From Chiloscyllium plagiosum (taxonomy: Eukaryota): DNA of 64,000 nt. A program made the translations under genes and the position numbers. The notes beneath the pieces are model-generated. The model worked only from the letters and a program-made list of their open reading frames with translations. It did no database searches and was not told where the DNA came from. This document shows, piece by piece, positions 44,330 to 57,529 of this stretch; the first letter of the stretch is position 1, and each line of letters begins with the position of its first letter. The stretch covers positions 47,679,808-47,743,807 of the forward strand of contig NC_057719.1 in assembly GCF_004010195.1 (NCBI RefSeq), in the 5' to 3' direction.

Positions 44330-46795
44330 AAATAAAGGATCTTCAGGCAGGGCACAGAAGGGTGTAAATGTGGAGTTGGTGTTGCATTATTAATTGAGTC
44401 AATTACTGTAGTCAGGAAGGACGATACCTTGGAAGGGTCAACAAATAAGGCTTTGTGGGTAGAGCTTAGGAATAAAAAGAGGCAGTCGTACTGAAAGGAT
44501 TGTAATATAGACCCCCAAATATAAGCAGGCAATATAAGAGCCAATATGTAGACAATTATAATTGAGTGATGTAAAATTGTAAAACAATAATAGATAATTA
44601 TATTAGGGGATTTTTAACTTCCCAACATTAATTAGGATAATTAGAGTGTAAAGGGTTTAGAGGTGGCGGATTTCTTGAAACGTATTTAGGTGAGCTTTTT
44701 ATATCAATACATAGAGGATCCAATAAGGGGCAATGCTGAACCAATTCTGTGGAATGAAGCCAGACAAGTGGTCAAGGTGGCAGTGGTGGAGCATTTTAAA
44801 GACAGTGAGCACAATACAGTACAATTTGTTTTGGATAAGAAAAATATGGCCTGCAAAGAAGTGCTTTGGATGCAGGAAGGCAAATTTTATTGAAATAAAG
44901 CAGGGGCTGGCCAAAGTAGACTGGAAGCAGCTAATTGGAGGTAAATCCACATCAGAACAGTAGAAGGCATTCAAAAGGAAGTGGGGAACTTACAAGCCTA
45001 ACATATTCCTTTAAGGTGAAATATAGGGGCGACAAACCCAGAAGACCATTGATGTTTCAGAACATTTGAACTGGATAAAAAGAAAAAGAGAGGTGTGTCA
45101 CAGAGGGAGTACAGGTATGGATAGATTAAATCAACAGAGACCATGGTGGAGTATAGAATGTGCAGAAGGGAACTTAAAAAAGCAATTAGCAGAGCAAAGA
45201 TGGGATATGAGAAAACGCTGCCAGACAGATTATGGAGAATCCCAAATATCCCACAAGTATATCAAGGGGAAGAGAATAGCCAGTGAAAGAGTAGGGCTCA
45301 TTAGGCATCAAGAGGGAAATCTGTGCATGGAACTGGAGAACATTGGTAAGTTTTCACTTCTGTCTGAAGAGAAGGAGGATGTAGGCACAGAATTCAGGAA
45401 GGTAAGCTGAAGGGTTTTGACCAGTTTGACGTAAGGAGTGAGGAGGTATTGGAGGTTTTGGTGGGCTTGAAAATTGGTAAATCTTCAGATCTGTATAAGT
45501 TGCATCCAGGCTGTTGTGGGAGACAAGGGAGGAAGTTACAGGTGCCCTGACCCAAACTTTTCATTCCTGTCTGGCCACAGTGGAGGTGACATAATGTGGT
45601 TCCATTTTTCAAGAAAGGTGATTGAGATAAACTGGGAAATTCATAACATTGTGGTAAGGAAACTACTGGAGAAAAGTTTAAAGGAGAAAATATACCTCCA
45701 TTTAGACAGGCAAAGTTTGATCAGGGCTAGTCAGCATAGCTTTGACAGTGGGAGATTATGCCTAAGGAATCTGGATGAACATTTCAAGGAGGTGACCAGA
45801 AGTATAGACAAAGGTCAGTTTATATGGATTTCAGCAATGCCTTTGATGTACCACATGGGAAACTGATAAAGAAGATAAAAGATAGGATAACTCAGGAAAT
45901 TGGATCCAAAAGTGCTTAGTGACATGAGACAGAGGGTGGTGGTAGAAGGCTATGTGACTGGAGATCGGTGTCCACTGATCAGTGCTGGGTTCCTTATGTT
46001 GGGTGGGAAGGGAGATGACACTAAGATTGGTGTGGTGATTAACAGTGAAGAAGGTCTTAAGAAGACCTTTCGAGGAAGTAACAAGACAAGGGAGTACTCA
46101 ATGATTGGTAGGACACTAGGAAGCTTGGAGGAATGGAGGGTCTTGTCCACAAATCCCTTAAGTGGGGCAGTTTAATACGGTAGTGAAGAAGACAAACAGC
46201 GCACTAACCTTTATCAATTTAGGCATAGATTATAAGAGCAGGGAGTTTCATTGGAGCTATAAAGAACTAGTTAGATCACAGCTGGAGTACTGTGCAATTC
46301 TGGTTACCACAGTGTAGGAAAGATGTGATTGAACTGAAGGGGGTGCAGTGGAGATTCACCAGAATGTTGCCTGGAATGGAGCAGTTTAGCTATGAAAAGA
46401 GTCTGGAAAAGCTTAGGTTCTTTTCTTTGGAGCATGAAAGGTTGAGGGGACACCTGACTGAAGTGTATAAGATTATGAAGGGCATAGAAAAAGTGGATAG
46501 AAAGCAGCTATGGAAGGGTCAATAAGTCGGGGGCATACTTCTAAGAGAAAAGGCAGGAGGTTTAGTGGGGAGTTAAGGAAAAATCTTTTCACCCAAAAGT
46601 TGGTGGGTGTCTGGATGGGTAGTAGAGGCAGGTCACCCCGACCTTTTGCAAAGGATTTGGATGAGCACTTAAAGTGTCACAACATTCAAGGCTTTGGGCC
46701 AAATGCTGGAAAGTGGGACTAGTGTAGATTTAGCATTGGTTTGGTGGTACAGACTCAATGGCTGAAGAGCCTCTTCTGTACTCTATGATTCTATA
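44330..46795 (+). mobile_element. Highly decayed CR1 LINE (endonuclease to 3' end)
   Basis: Remnants YRPP, GDFNFP, DDTKIG, QFWLPQCRKDV; many stops. Confidence 0.85.
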
Positions 46796-48794
46796 ATTCT
46801 TCAGATATTCAAGTAATTTGTGTCTCCATGCAGCAAGATTGGAGCAACATTCAAACGTGGGTGGCATGTTCCAATATTTATGACACACACATGTTAGGCA
46901 TTGACTATCTCCATCAGAGAATTTAACCATCTGCCCATGAATTTCAATGCTGCTACCAAAGCAAAATTCTCCACCATCAATAATCTGGAGATTACAATTG
47001 ACCAGAAATTGAACTGGGCCAACCAAACAAATACTGTGGCTACAAGAGGAGGTCAAAGGCTAGGAATTCTGTGATACTTAACTCACCTTCTGATTCACCA
47101 GTCTGCAGCACAAGTTAGGAGTGTGATAGAGTACTCTACACTTGCCTGGATGAGTTCCAAACATCAAACAAAAGCTTAATATTATTGAGGTCAAAACAAC
47201 ACACTTGATTCTCATTCCAATAATCATTTTCAGCATTCATTGCCATGTGAAAGAATCACTGCAGTAACACACCAAGGCTGCTTAGCCAACACTTTTTAAA
47301 CTCACAACTTCTATCACCTAGAAGGATGAGGGCAACTAGAACAGCACCACCTGCAAATACCACCAAAGTCACACACCATCCATCCTAACTTGAAAATCTT
47401 TTACATTCCTTCATTGTCACTGAGTCAAAACGATGCAACGTGCAACCTAACAGCACTGTGCATATACCCATGCACTTGGGCTGCAGATGTTCAATGTTAA
47501 TAATATGCTAGTGAAATCTGCTTGCTTTGCTGTGGTCAGAGAGAACATGAACTCTCCTGCCTTGGAATACTCTCTTAAGCAATGGTGGACAGTGAACTGA
47601 ATGCTGATACAGACGTCAGCAGTTCCAGTCTGGGAGGATTCTGATATTAAGAAATTCACGGTCACAACCACACTCACAGGCAGTGGTAGCACCTCCTGCT
47701 TGAGGCTGCTGCTCTAGATACAAGAATTAGAACCAAAGAGTCAGAGTTTTACAGCATGGAACAAGGCCCGTCAGCAATTGTGTCTGTGTCAGTTAACAGG
47801 ACCTTATCTAAACTCACCCATTTTCCAGCACTTGTCCCATAGACTTGTATGCTTTGACACTTCCAGTTATAATCTAAATACTTCTTTATATTGTGATGAT
47901 TCCTGCCTCTACCACCTTTTCAGGCAGAGAGTTCCAGATACCCCAAGAAAACGTCTTTAAATCTCCTCTAAGCCTCCTATCATTTACCTTAAATCTGTAC
48001 CCCTTGCTAATGAGTCTCTTACACAATTGCTCTTCCTCACTTTCTCCATCTTTGTGCAGTTGGGCTCTGGTTGCACCCTCCAAGGGAAACCATCACTTTC
48101 ACTATTTTCCAACACAAACATTGTCTAGAGTGAGGTGCACTCTGAGACTTTCCTACCAACTGCCTGCCTCTCACCTTCTGACTGGTGGTCAGCCATTCCT
48201 CCTGAGTGCACTTCCTTAAACTGTGGAGTGACCACGTCTAAAAACATCTGAATCTACATAGCTCTCTGTGCGACCAGGCCTCCAGCTGATGCTTAAGCTA
48301 AAAAGCCCAGCACTCAAGCTGGTCAAACCTGTGGCACTTCCTGAAGATGTATTCATCCACAGAATCAAATACTAAACACATACTTCAACACATAAGACCG
48401 AACTCCCATGTCATACCTGAACTTAAATTAATCTTAACCAAAATTTAAACCAAGTAGAAAAATATTTAAGTTTCTTGTACTATTAACTCTAAACTGTAGA
48501 TAAATAAAAAGTAGAAAGTCATTGCCCTTATTGACATATCAGCTCTCTCTCATGTGCCTATAAACTTTTTCTTTCTCTGTCCTAGTTTAGAAGTTGACAT
48601 TTTCCCAAATTACTAGGTTTGAAGCACGGTCACTAACAGCAGTGGCTCAACAACCAATCAACTCGTTTCCCTCCAGTCTTATCAATTTCACACTTTCTCT
48701 GAACTCAGCCAGTACATGGCTTCTCAAAAAGTAACTTTGGGTAAAATGCTAAATAATAGGCAAATAATCCTAAATTTTACACAAGGTTCTGCAG

Positions 48795-49045
48795 CAGAGT
48801 CCTTCCTTACTGCCTGTTACAGGATCCTCAAATCACCCAGTCCTCTCAGTGATGCTGATAATCTATCGGAGAGTCCTTAGTTTACCACCTCCTCTCTATG
48901 CTGCTGACTGCCTTTCAGAGGGTCCATTCCTTATCCATTTCTTTCAGTGATGTTGCTTGCCTTGGGGTCCTTGACTCATCTACTCTTCTTGATGACACTG
49001 GTTGCTTGCTACAGGGTCTTTACCTTGTCCACTTATCTCATGATA
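48795..49045. repeat. Degenerate minisatellite, about 45-50 bp unit, 5-6 copies
   Basis: Recurring gggtcctt...ccac/t.ctct..(g)tgatgctg...tgcct units. Confidence 0.45.
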
Positions 49046-49251
49046 AGTTTTGTCATTAACTCTCGATGATACACTGATGTGGGTTGTGAGTAGCTTTTCC
49101 TTTGTTTGCAATCTCTACTCCATCCCTTTGTTATCTTGCAGAGCAAGAGGGCTTAGCAACTAACAACTAGCATGACTGTAAACAAGTGAACTGCACAGAA
49201 ACTTTGTGATCAGAACTGAGGCCTTCTCCATATGGTGCTCGAACCTCTATC

Positions 49252-49416
49252 GGAGCTGAAAATGTGTTGCTGGAAAAGCGNNNNNNNNNNNNNNNATTCC
49301 TGAAGAAGGGCTCATGCCCGAAACGTCGATTCTCCTACTCCTTGACCTGCTGCGCTTTTCCAGCAACACATTTTCAGCTCTGATCACCAGCATCTGCAGT
49401 CCTCACTTTCTCCTCA
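49252..49416. mobile_element. Palindromic Penelope-derived element containing the 15-N gap
   Basis: AACCTCTATC duplicated at both flanks; inverted arms. Confidence 0.75.
49296..49331 (+). ncRNA. Hammerhead motif in Penelope terminus
   Basis: ATTC-CTGAAGA-A-GGGC(TCAT)GCCC-GAAAC-GTC-GATT. Confidence 0.65.
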
Positions 49417-49957
49417 AACCTCTATCAACTTGGCCAACTTTGAGCAGCTCTACAAATCGCCAAGCATTTACACAGCCTCCAACAGAGGCAATAGAAATTA
49501 ATCAAAAAGTAACCTCAGGGTATTTGATGATTCCTTTAAGAGTGCTTACAGGTCTTCATGTTTCTGAATCTATATGTACACTTGTGCACAACTGGCCAGT
49601 GAGGCAAGGGTGAAAATGACACCACTGATGTCAAATCAGCATTACATGCTGAATCATGATTTCTGTCATCAACATATCTCCAGTACATGTTTCTCATGCT
49701 GGCTAATGCCCCAAAGTTTTGATATCAAAATGGCATTAGAGGAAATTACACTGATAACGAAAATGCTTTCATGGATGTAAGTAAACTCACTTTGCATGTC
49801 ACTGCTTCTGTTCTGTACCCTTACTCACTATGTTCATGCAGCCTCAGAAAGAGATTCTAAGTTTTTCTACAATAGATCCATTTGAATAACAACTCACACT
49901 CTGTTAAGCAAAAGAAACTGCAGGGAAAATATTGATTTTTTTTCAAGATTTCTCCTT

Positions 49958-49963
49958 TTTATT
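49958..49963 (-). promoter_or_regulatory. Candidate polyadenylation signal (AATAAA) of the SLC51A-like gene
   Basis: AATAAA on minus strand about 175 nt downstream of the stop codon; hexamer is common in AT-rich DNA. Confidence 0.35.
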
Positions 49964-50138
49964 ATCTTAGCAATAACATTTTGTGCGACATTATGAAATA
50001 TCAAAAGTCAATCCCACACATTGTGCAGCTAAATCTCATAAAGTTTCATGCCATATGTCACTATAAGGTTCAGTTTTTGAACAAATAGCTAATTTATAGA
50101 CAGCAAACATAATTTGACGTATTATTAAAAATATCAAA

Positions 50139-50266
50139 TCAAGGCATAGTATGAAGTGGATTTTCAAAATATAGTGGACTCGATTCTGGCATTTGTTTGC
50201 GATAATACTTTCTGGAGACAAGAAGCAAGATAAACATTTCCAGGATCTTTATATGGTGGTCTATTT
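50139..50266 (-). CDS. SLC51A-like terminal coding exon (KIDHHIKILEMFILLLVSRKYYRKQMPESSPLYFENPLHTMP*)
   Basis: ttacAG acceptor, phase 1 continues the previous exon. Matches OST-alpha C-terminal HLLILETFLMTVLTRMYYRR. TGA at 50141-50139. Confidence 0.85.
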
Positions 50267-51549
50267 CTGTAAAATAAATTAGTTTTTTTTTCAGTGTAAA
50301 TCTAACTTAGAGAATTTAATGAAGATCAAGAAAAGTTAGCACGATATTTCATTTCTGAATTAACTGCTGATAAGATAAAAATTGATAGCATGATAGGAAC
50401 AAAGAATTGAGAGTAAAACATATAAGCGTGAAGTTAAAAGGTAAAACAACATGGGAGAGTACATTATTGGAAAGAGAAAGGTGTTATATTTGGCTCTTTG
50501 TTACAAATGTGGTTTGGCGCTGTTTCCTTATGAAAATTCAAAAGGCAGATTTGTTTCAAGAGACCTGTCAAGAACTAGATCCAAATATTGAAAAAAAAAT
50601 TGCCTTTGCTTCCTTCAGATATCGATCTTCTTTATATCCTTATCAAATCAGAAGTTTTCAGCACCTCCATCTGCATATGTAATTACTTGCTGCCATTCAT
50701 TTTCTTTCTGGATATAATCTTGCCAAATTTAATTTAGTAACCATAAAGCCAGGATACTTCATAGACAGAGGTTTTGAGTGGCATTTTGAGGAAGAAATAT
50801 TGTTCCAGAAGGAGAGAACGAGGAAGGAGACATATTGATGTTTTATTGAGAGTGTTGCTAATTGCTTTATCAGGAAAACTCTTTAATAAATATCATGAAA
50901 CCCTCTTTAATATTTGTAATATCATTACAATTCCTATTGGGATATAATTCTTTATTGATATCTGTCATTGTAATGATACTGGACAATCTCCATAGTGTTG
51001 AACCTGGAGAGCTAAAGATTCAGTGTAGTATTCTGGTAAAACAGGATTAGAGAGAAGGGTATAGCTATATCCAGGTAAGGAAAGAAGGGAAAGTAATATG
51101 GAAGTTTAGCTTTCCAGGAACAGAAACCTAAAGCTATAGTATCTTGAATTTATATAGCTTCTGGCCTATAAAAGTGATTGTCCCTGAAAATGGGGATGCA
51201 GTGGTCACATGGTATTAGCCACAGGAAATGTAAAATAATCTTGAGACTATCATGCAGCTAGCACAAAATGCTTATTTGCTACACATCCATTTGGACCAGG
51301 CTGCTAAGCAGATAGCAATGACATCATTTAAAGGCAACCACACCTCTTAAAGAGAGGATACAAGTGGCAAAACAGCATTGAAGCAGCCCAATATGGATGG
51401 AAGACCTGAAGAAAGTACCACCCCTCAATTAGAGGATAATTGACGACTTGTAACAAGTACTGTGTTGACCAGCCTGCAACAAGCCAGTGAGATAGAACCA
51501 TTGGGACATATCAGCATTGACAGTTACAGGCTGTGTTACCCATGCCCTG

Positions 51550-52350
51550 GGAAAGTGTGAGGTTTTACACTTTGGTGGGAAGAATAGAGACATAAACTAA
51601 TTTCTATATGGCAAAAGGTTTCTGAAATCTGAAGCAAATTAGGAATTAAGAGTCCTAGTTCAGGATTCTCTTCAGGTTAACATGCAAGTTCAGTTGGCAA
51701 TTTGGAAGGCAAATGCAATGTTAGCATTAATTTCAAGAGGATTGAATACAAAAGCAGAGATGTACTGCTGAGACTGTATAAGGCTCAGGTCAGACCACAT
51801 TTGAAATTTTCTGAGCAGTTTTGGGCCCCATATCTAAGGAAAGAAGTGCTGGTGTTGGAGGGGGTCCAGAGGAGGTTTACAAGAATGGCCCCAGGGAAGC
51901 AGGGCTTGTCATATGAGGAGCAATTGAGGACTCAGTCTGTACTCACTGGAGTTTTGAAGGATGGGGAGAGATCTCATTGAAACTTAAAGAATACTGAGAG
52001 ACTTGGATAGAGTGGATGTGGAGAAGATGTTTCCATTAGTAGAAGAGATTAAAACCTGAGGGCACAGTCTTGGAGTGAATGGATGAAACTTTCGATGGGA
52101 GATGAGGAGAAATTATTTCAGACAAAGGGTAGATAATCTGTGGAACTCGTTGCTGCAGAGGGCTGTGGAGGTCAAGTCATTGAATGCACTTAAGACAGAG
52201 ATGGATAGGTTTTTGATTAGTAAAGAGATCAAGGGTTATGGGGAGAACACAGGAGAATGGGGTTGAGAAACATATCAACCACGATCAAATGATGGAGCAG
52301 ACTCAATGGGCTGAATGGTCTATTTCTGTTCCTATAGCTTATGGTCTTAC
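51550..52350 (+). mobile_element. CR1 LINE 3' fragment (older subfamily)
   Basis: LRLYKAQVRPHLKFSEQFWAPYLRK in ORF 51702..51980. Confidence 0.88.
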
Positions 52351-53116
52351 GGTTTTGACTGCAGGATCTGACAAAGCTCAAATAGTACCTCCCCTTGAAG
52401 CACAGTGGCCTCATCCATATCTACCATCACAATTTATTCATTCAAATGCACTGCATCTAAATTCTTTGCATGGCTGTGCATGCACAATAACTTAAAAAGG
52501 CCAATTGTGCTCACCCTCTGTGGAAACCTCTATGTAGAGGTGCAGCCATGTAAAATTAGGGGAAACATTGCCTGCCACATTCACTTCTTACCCAATTTTG
52601 TTCAGATGGTCCAAATTCAGATGAAATTAAATATCTGTTCTAGATATTAACCTGGGGGGGACAATTTTGAAGAAGAGAAAGATATAAAAACATTGTAGAA
52701 ACAGACAGCAGCAGTAAGACTTAACTAAAGATCTGAACCTAGTTATGTCTTTGAATATTATAATCCCTAAAGTGTGAAAGCAGTAAACAAACAAAAGTCC
52801 TGATTTAAAAGAAATTCAAGGGAATTAACCATATTCAAAACTACAGCAATACTACAAATCTTTATTCCATGCCATACTAAAATCTATCAGTTTCATTTTT
52901 TTATATTGATTCATGAGTGTAGGCATCACTGGGTAAACCAACACATATCATCCATCTCCTCGAGACCACTATTTATTATCAAATGCAAGTTAATAAAAGC
53001 ATTGCCTGTATTACCATAGCAAAAAAAGTTTTTCCATATATTAAAGTATCCTTCCTACACCATTTCATGTTCATTATTGGGAAGTGACATTTCATATTAA
53101 TTGAGGTTCCACTTAC

Positions 53117-53372
53117 TTGATGCTCTGTCTTTTGAGGGATACAGATCCACACACGGAATGACATTATAGGTTGCCAAACATCCTAAAATTAATGGCTGCA
53201 GATTGCTGAGGATAATATAGATAATTAAAATTGCATATTTGGCTTTGAGATGATAGCTTGCTTCTGCAATTCCAAAGGCAGCCTTCAATGACAAGTTAAA
53301 TACATATAAAGACAAAAGAGCAGATGTGTTCAGCATGATCTTCATGTAAAATAAGGGATTGCTTGGATTTAC
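53117..53372 (-). CDS. SLC51A-like exon (VNPSNPLFYMKIMLNTSALLSLY...LSNLQPLILGCLATYNVIPCVDLYPSKDRAS)
   Basis: 256 bp, ttgcAG/GTaagt, open frame within ORF 53097..53435. Matches OST-alpha motifs LTALQPSIF and IACSPPYSSKTRS; hydrophobic TM segments. Confidence 0.85.
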
Positions 53373-53589
53373 CTGCAACACAAAGTTTCTCTGATAAGTA
53401 TAGTTTAAAAGAAGCTCTAGCCTTTTGGCTGCCATGTTAATATCTTTCTATTACATCACAATATAAATATTTTCTAAATCTACCACAGCAATATAAAATT
53501 GGAGACCTCAGTAAACATTGATTTAAGTGAAAGAAAGGTAAACCTTGAGGTTTACACAATTGAAGCGCTAAATTGAGGAGACTATAGGG

Positions 53590-53860
53590 TCGGGGTTCGT
53601 TTCCAGCCTCGGGTGACTGTGTGGAGTTTGCACACTCTCCCCGTGTCTGTGTGGGTTTCCTCCGGATGTTCCGGTTTCCTCCCACATTCCAAGGATGCCC
53701 AGGTTAGGTGAATTGGCCATGCTAAGTTGTCCATAGTGTTCAGAAATGTGTAGATTAGGCGCATTAGTCAGGGTAAATGTAGGGTGTACTCTTCAGAGGG
53801 TCAGTGTGGACTTGTTGGGCTGAAGGGCCTGTTCCACACTGTAGGGATTCTATGATTCTG
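53590..53860 (+). mobile_element. HE1-type V-SINE, 5'-truncated
   Basis: V-domain and tail. Confidence 0.8.
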
Positions 53861-55641
53861 TGATATATAAGCTGTTTGTGGTCTGCTCAGTATCATGACA
53901 TAAACTCAACCATTCAGTCTCAAAGTTGTTGCTTTTATGTGCAGTTAAGAAAAGCATCAAATGGAGATGAAGCACTTTATCCTGTTTATGATCATTGTCA
54001 AGTCACAAGGGATGTATTAGCAGAAACCTGGGGAAACATTATGTATCAAGGCTGAATGTCAAACCAACTTTTAACCTCAAACTTAACAAATTTAATTATG
54101 TTGGATTTACATGTGCTTATCTTCTTAAAACCTCTGTTGTCCATATAATTAAGTGTATTCCAAGTCATGAATATTACCATTTTGTTGTTAATGATTTACT
54201 TTGTTTTGCTGATATTGCTGCCCAAATGTTTGTTGTGACTTTTGTGTTTGAACCAACAGAAATGGGAGATTTTCAATAATTGAGGGTCTAGAATGAGAGT
54301 TCATGGACAGAAGATTTAATATTTATGATTTAGGAGATGGAACAAGAGCACGCTTTGGTGTGCTACCAGATATGATGATTACAGTTAAATAATGTCAATA
54401 TTTAAGAATTAAACAGATGAACAATTGATGGAAAAGAAATATGGAACCAAAGTACATAAATGAAGTAAATGCAGCTGATAGAGTGGTGAATAAATACTCA
54501 CTTACAATGTTGAGCATTTAGCATTGTCAGCATTTCTATGCAATTCTATGGAAAGTCATGAAACAAGAGACAAAAATGCCTACGAGCTCTTGCTGTATAA
54601 AGATATTTTCATAATTGACATAATGAACATCAGTTTACAATAAATTGTGTGGGGAAATTTCTACCATTTTCATAGCCACAATTTTGGAACACACAGAAGT
54701 CCTTGTATATGTTGGTGCAGGTTTATGACAACAACATCCACTTGCCTCCCTGCAACCCAATCATAAAGCGTAGTAAATTCTAGGTATATATACAGCCACC
54801 CTTACACCTGGGTATTAGGGTATTAGGGAATGCCTACCAGCAATTATTGTCCCAAGTCTCAAAAGGGTTTAAAGGCCAAAATTAACTGGGAAAATGTCAA
54901 CTTTATTCCTAATTTGCATTGGTTCAAACAGAAAATGTCACAGATTGAAAGTATCGCTGAATGTTCCAGGAAATAAAAAATTAGAAAACATTACTGTATT
55001 TAGTATTACATATAGAAGATTCCAAACTTTCTAATGATTCACATTTAAAGGAATTTAATTCTAGAACTGTGTCAGGAATTACAGAAATTACAAAATGGGT
55101 CCAAAGTTTACTAACAAAAACAGAAATTGATAAAAAAAAGAACAGCAGGTCTGGCAGCATCTGTGGAGAGAAATCAGAGATAATGTTTTGGATCCAGTGA
55201 CCCTTCCTCAGAACTGATGGTAACTCGGAAAAAGTTGTTTTTTCTGCAAAAGGTAGGAGGTGGGGGAAAGGAATAAACGATAGGTGGCGATAAACCCCAA
55301 GAGAGAGAGAAGAATAGTTGGACCGACAAAGGAGTGGATAACAATCAGCTGAGAAGAATGAATAGCTAATAATGGAGACTATTGGTGGCTAACAGCGATC
55401 AATATTTACTAACTCTACTCGAGACAAAGCACATAATTTAAGTTCAAAATGTCCTCTCCTGGTGCATTAAATATAATTTAAAATGGTTTAATTTTGTTAA
55501 AACTGATGCAAAGTATTTTTTAACAAAAAGTAGTCTTGAATAAATTTTGAGTAAATTTCCATTTGAAAGACATCATGCTTACTTGGGGTTGTTAGCTAAA
55601 TCTGCATATTAACATTTAAACAAAGAAATCTTAGAGGTTAC

Positions 55642-55753
55642 CTCTCCACTGTCAAACTTTCCATCTGCCCACAAGACTGTCGAAATAAACTGAAGCAAAG
55701 GTTGTAGAATCAACGTCTGCAAGATGCCAATTCGAAGAATTCTATAAGCTTTT
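55642..55753 (-). CDS. Organic solute transporter alpha (SLC51A)-like, internal exon (KAYRILRIGILQTLILQPLLQFISTVLWADGKFDSGE)
   Basis: 112 bp, ttcacAG/GTaacc. Aligns by eye to human SLC51A KKLQLLMLGPFQYAFLKITLTLVGLFLVPDGIYDPAD. Not in the ORF track. Confidence 0.8.
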
Positions 55754-55814
55754 CTGTGAAATAATTAGCCTTGTGTTAAAGTGACAATATATGTTTTCAG
55801 TACAAAAATGAGTT

Positions 55815-56365
55815 CATAGAGTCATAGAGATGTACAGCATGGAAATAGACCCTTCGGTCCAAGCTGACCAGCTATCCCAACCTAATCTAGTCTCACCTGC
55901 CAGGACCCAGCTCATATCCCTCCAAACCCTTCCTGTTCATATACCCATCCAGATGCCTTTTAAATGTTGCAATTCTACCAGCCTCCACCACTTTCTCTGG
56001 CAACTCATTCCATACACGTACCACTCTCTGCATGAAAAAGTTGCCCCTTTGGTCTCTTTTATATCTTTCCTTTCTCACCCTAAAACTATGCCTCTAGTTC
56101 TGGACTCCCCCACCCCAGGGAAAAGATTTCGTCTATTTATCCTATCCATGCCCCTCATGATTTTATAAACCTCTATAAGGTTACCCCTCAGCCTCCGATG
56201 TTCCAGGGAAAACAATCCTAGCCTATTCAACTTCTCCCTATAGTTCAAATCCTCCAACCCTGGCAACATCCTTGTAAATCTTCTCTGAACTCTTTCAAGT
56301 TTCACAACATCTTTCCAATAGGAAGACCAGAATTGCACGCAATATTCCAAAAGTGGCCTAACCAA
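55815..56365 (-). mobile_element. CR1 LINE 3' fragment
   Basis: ORFs 56075..56365 and 55893..56078. Confidence 0.9.
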
Positions 56366-56594
56366 TATTAGATGAACATTTATCTGTCTTCCCAGCTGAC
56401 AAAGATTTGTTGAGGTACGTTTTGATTATTACATAAATCAGATGTCAGCCCATTAATGAATCAAAGCATCTTTTCACCACACTTGTTACAGCCTGTGGAC
56501 GATTAGCTTGTTGAAGCACTGAGCTTACTAAGTAGCTTCAGGCAACCATGTGGGCAATACTGTGTTATATGAATTTCAATGTAGGTAATGATGA

Positions 56595-56897
56595 CATTAG
56601 ATTCCCTCCAGTATGGAAATAGGAACTTCGGCCCAACAAGATCACACCGACCTTCCAAAGAGTAACCAACCCAGACCCATTACCCTACATTTACCTCTGA
56701 CTAATGCACCTAACACTATGGGCAATTCAGCATGGCTAATTCACCTGACATGCATATCTTTGGATTGTGGGAGGAAACCCATGCAGACACGGGGAGAATG
56801 AGCAAACACCACACAGACAGTCGCCCGAGGCGGGAATCTAACCCAGGTGCCTGGCGCTGTGAGGCTGCAGTGCTAACTACTGAGCCACTGTGCTGCC
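56595..56897 (-). mobile_element. HE1-type V-SINE
   Basis: Reverse complement of the SINE consensus. Confidence 0.8.
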
Positions 56898-57529
56898 TTA
56901 AGTGTGGTGTCATTTATTTTTCAGTTGGTTTCCCATCTTACATATTTCAGAATTGTTCTCATTGTTGTTGATTTTAACTCATAGATAATGGATAAAAGAG
57001 AAATACTTTGCATTCACCTTATAGCATTTAGAAATATTAGCTTGTTCTCACAATTTGTTCTCACTCAGATCTGAGCCAGAATAACATTGAGTTTTTATTT
57101 ATTCATTCTTGGATGTGGACATCACTGACTGGTCAGTATTTAGTGCCCTTCCTGAGTTGTCCTTGAGAAGGTGGTGATGAGATGCTTTCTTGAACCATTG
57201 CATTCCATTTGGTGTAATTAGACACAACAAGTTAAGGGGGGAGTTCCAGGATTTTGACCTGATGACATTGAAGGAACAATGATACAATTCCACATCAGTG
57301 TGGTGAGTGCCTTGGAGGGCACTTGCATCTGGTGGTGTTCCATTGTATTTGCTGCCCTTATCCTTCCAGATGGTTGTATGGTTTGTGTTCAACCTTAGGA
57401 TTAGAAGGTGCTAAGGAGCCTTAGTGAATTTCTGCTCTAAAACATGTAGATAGAATACTGCGCTGCTTCTGAACATTGGTGGTGGAGAGAGTGAATGTTT
57501 CTGGATGTGATGCCAATCAACCCAGCTGA

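Noticed and set aside
54684..54702. GGAACACACAGAAGT resembling WDHD1 'HTEV'
   Set aside because: Wrong strand for WDHD1 and no surrounding similarity.
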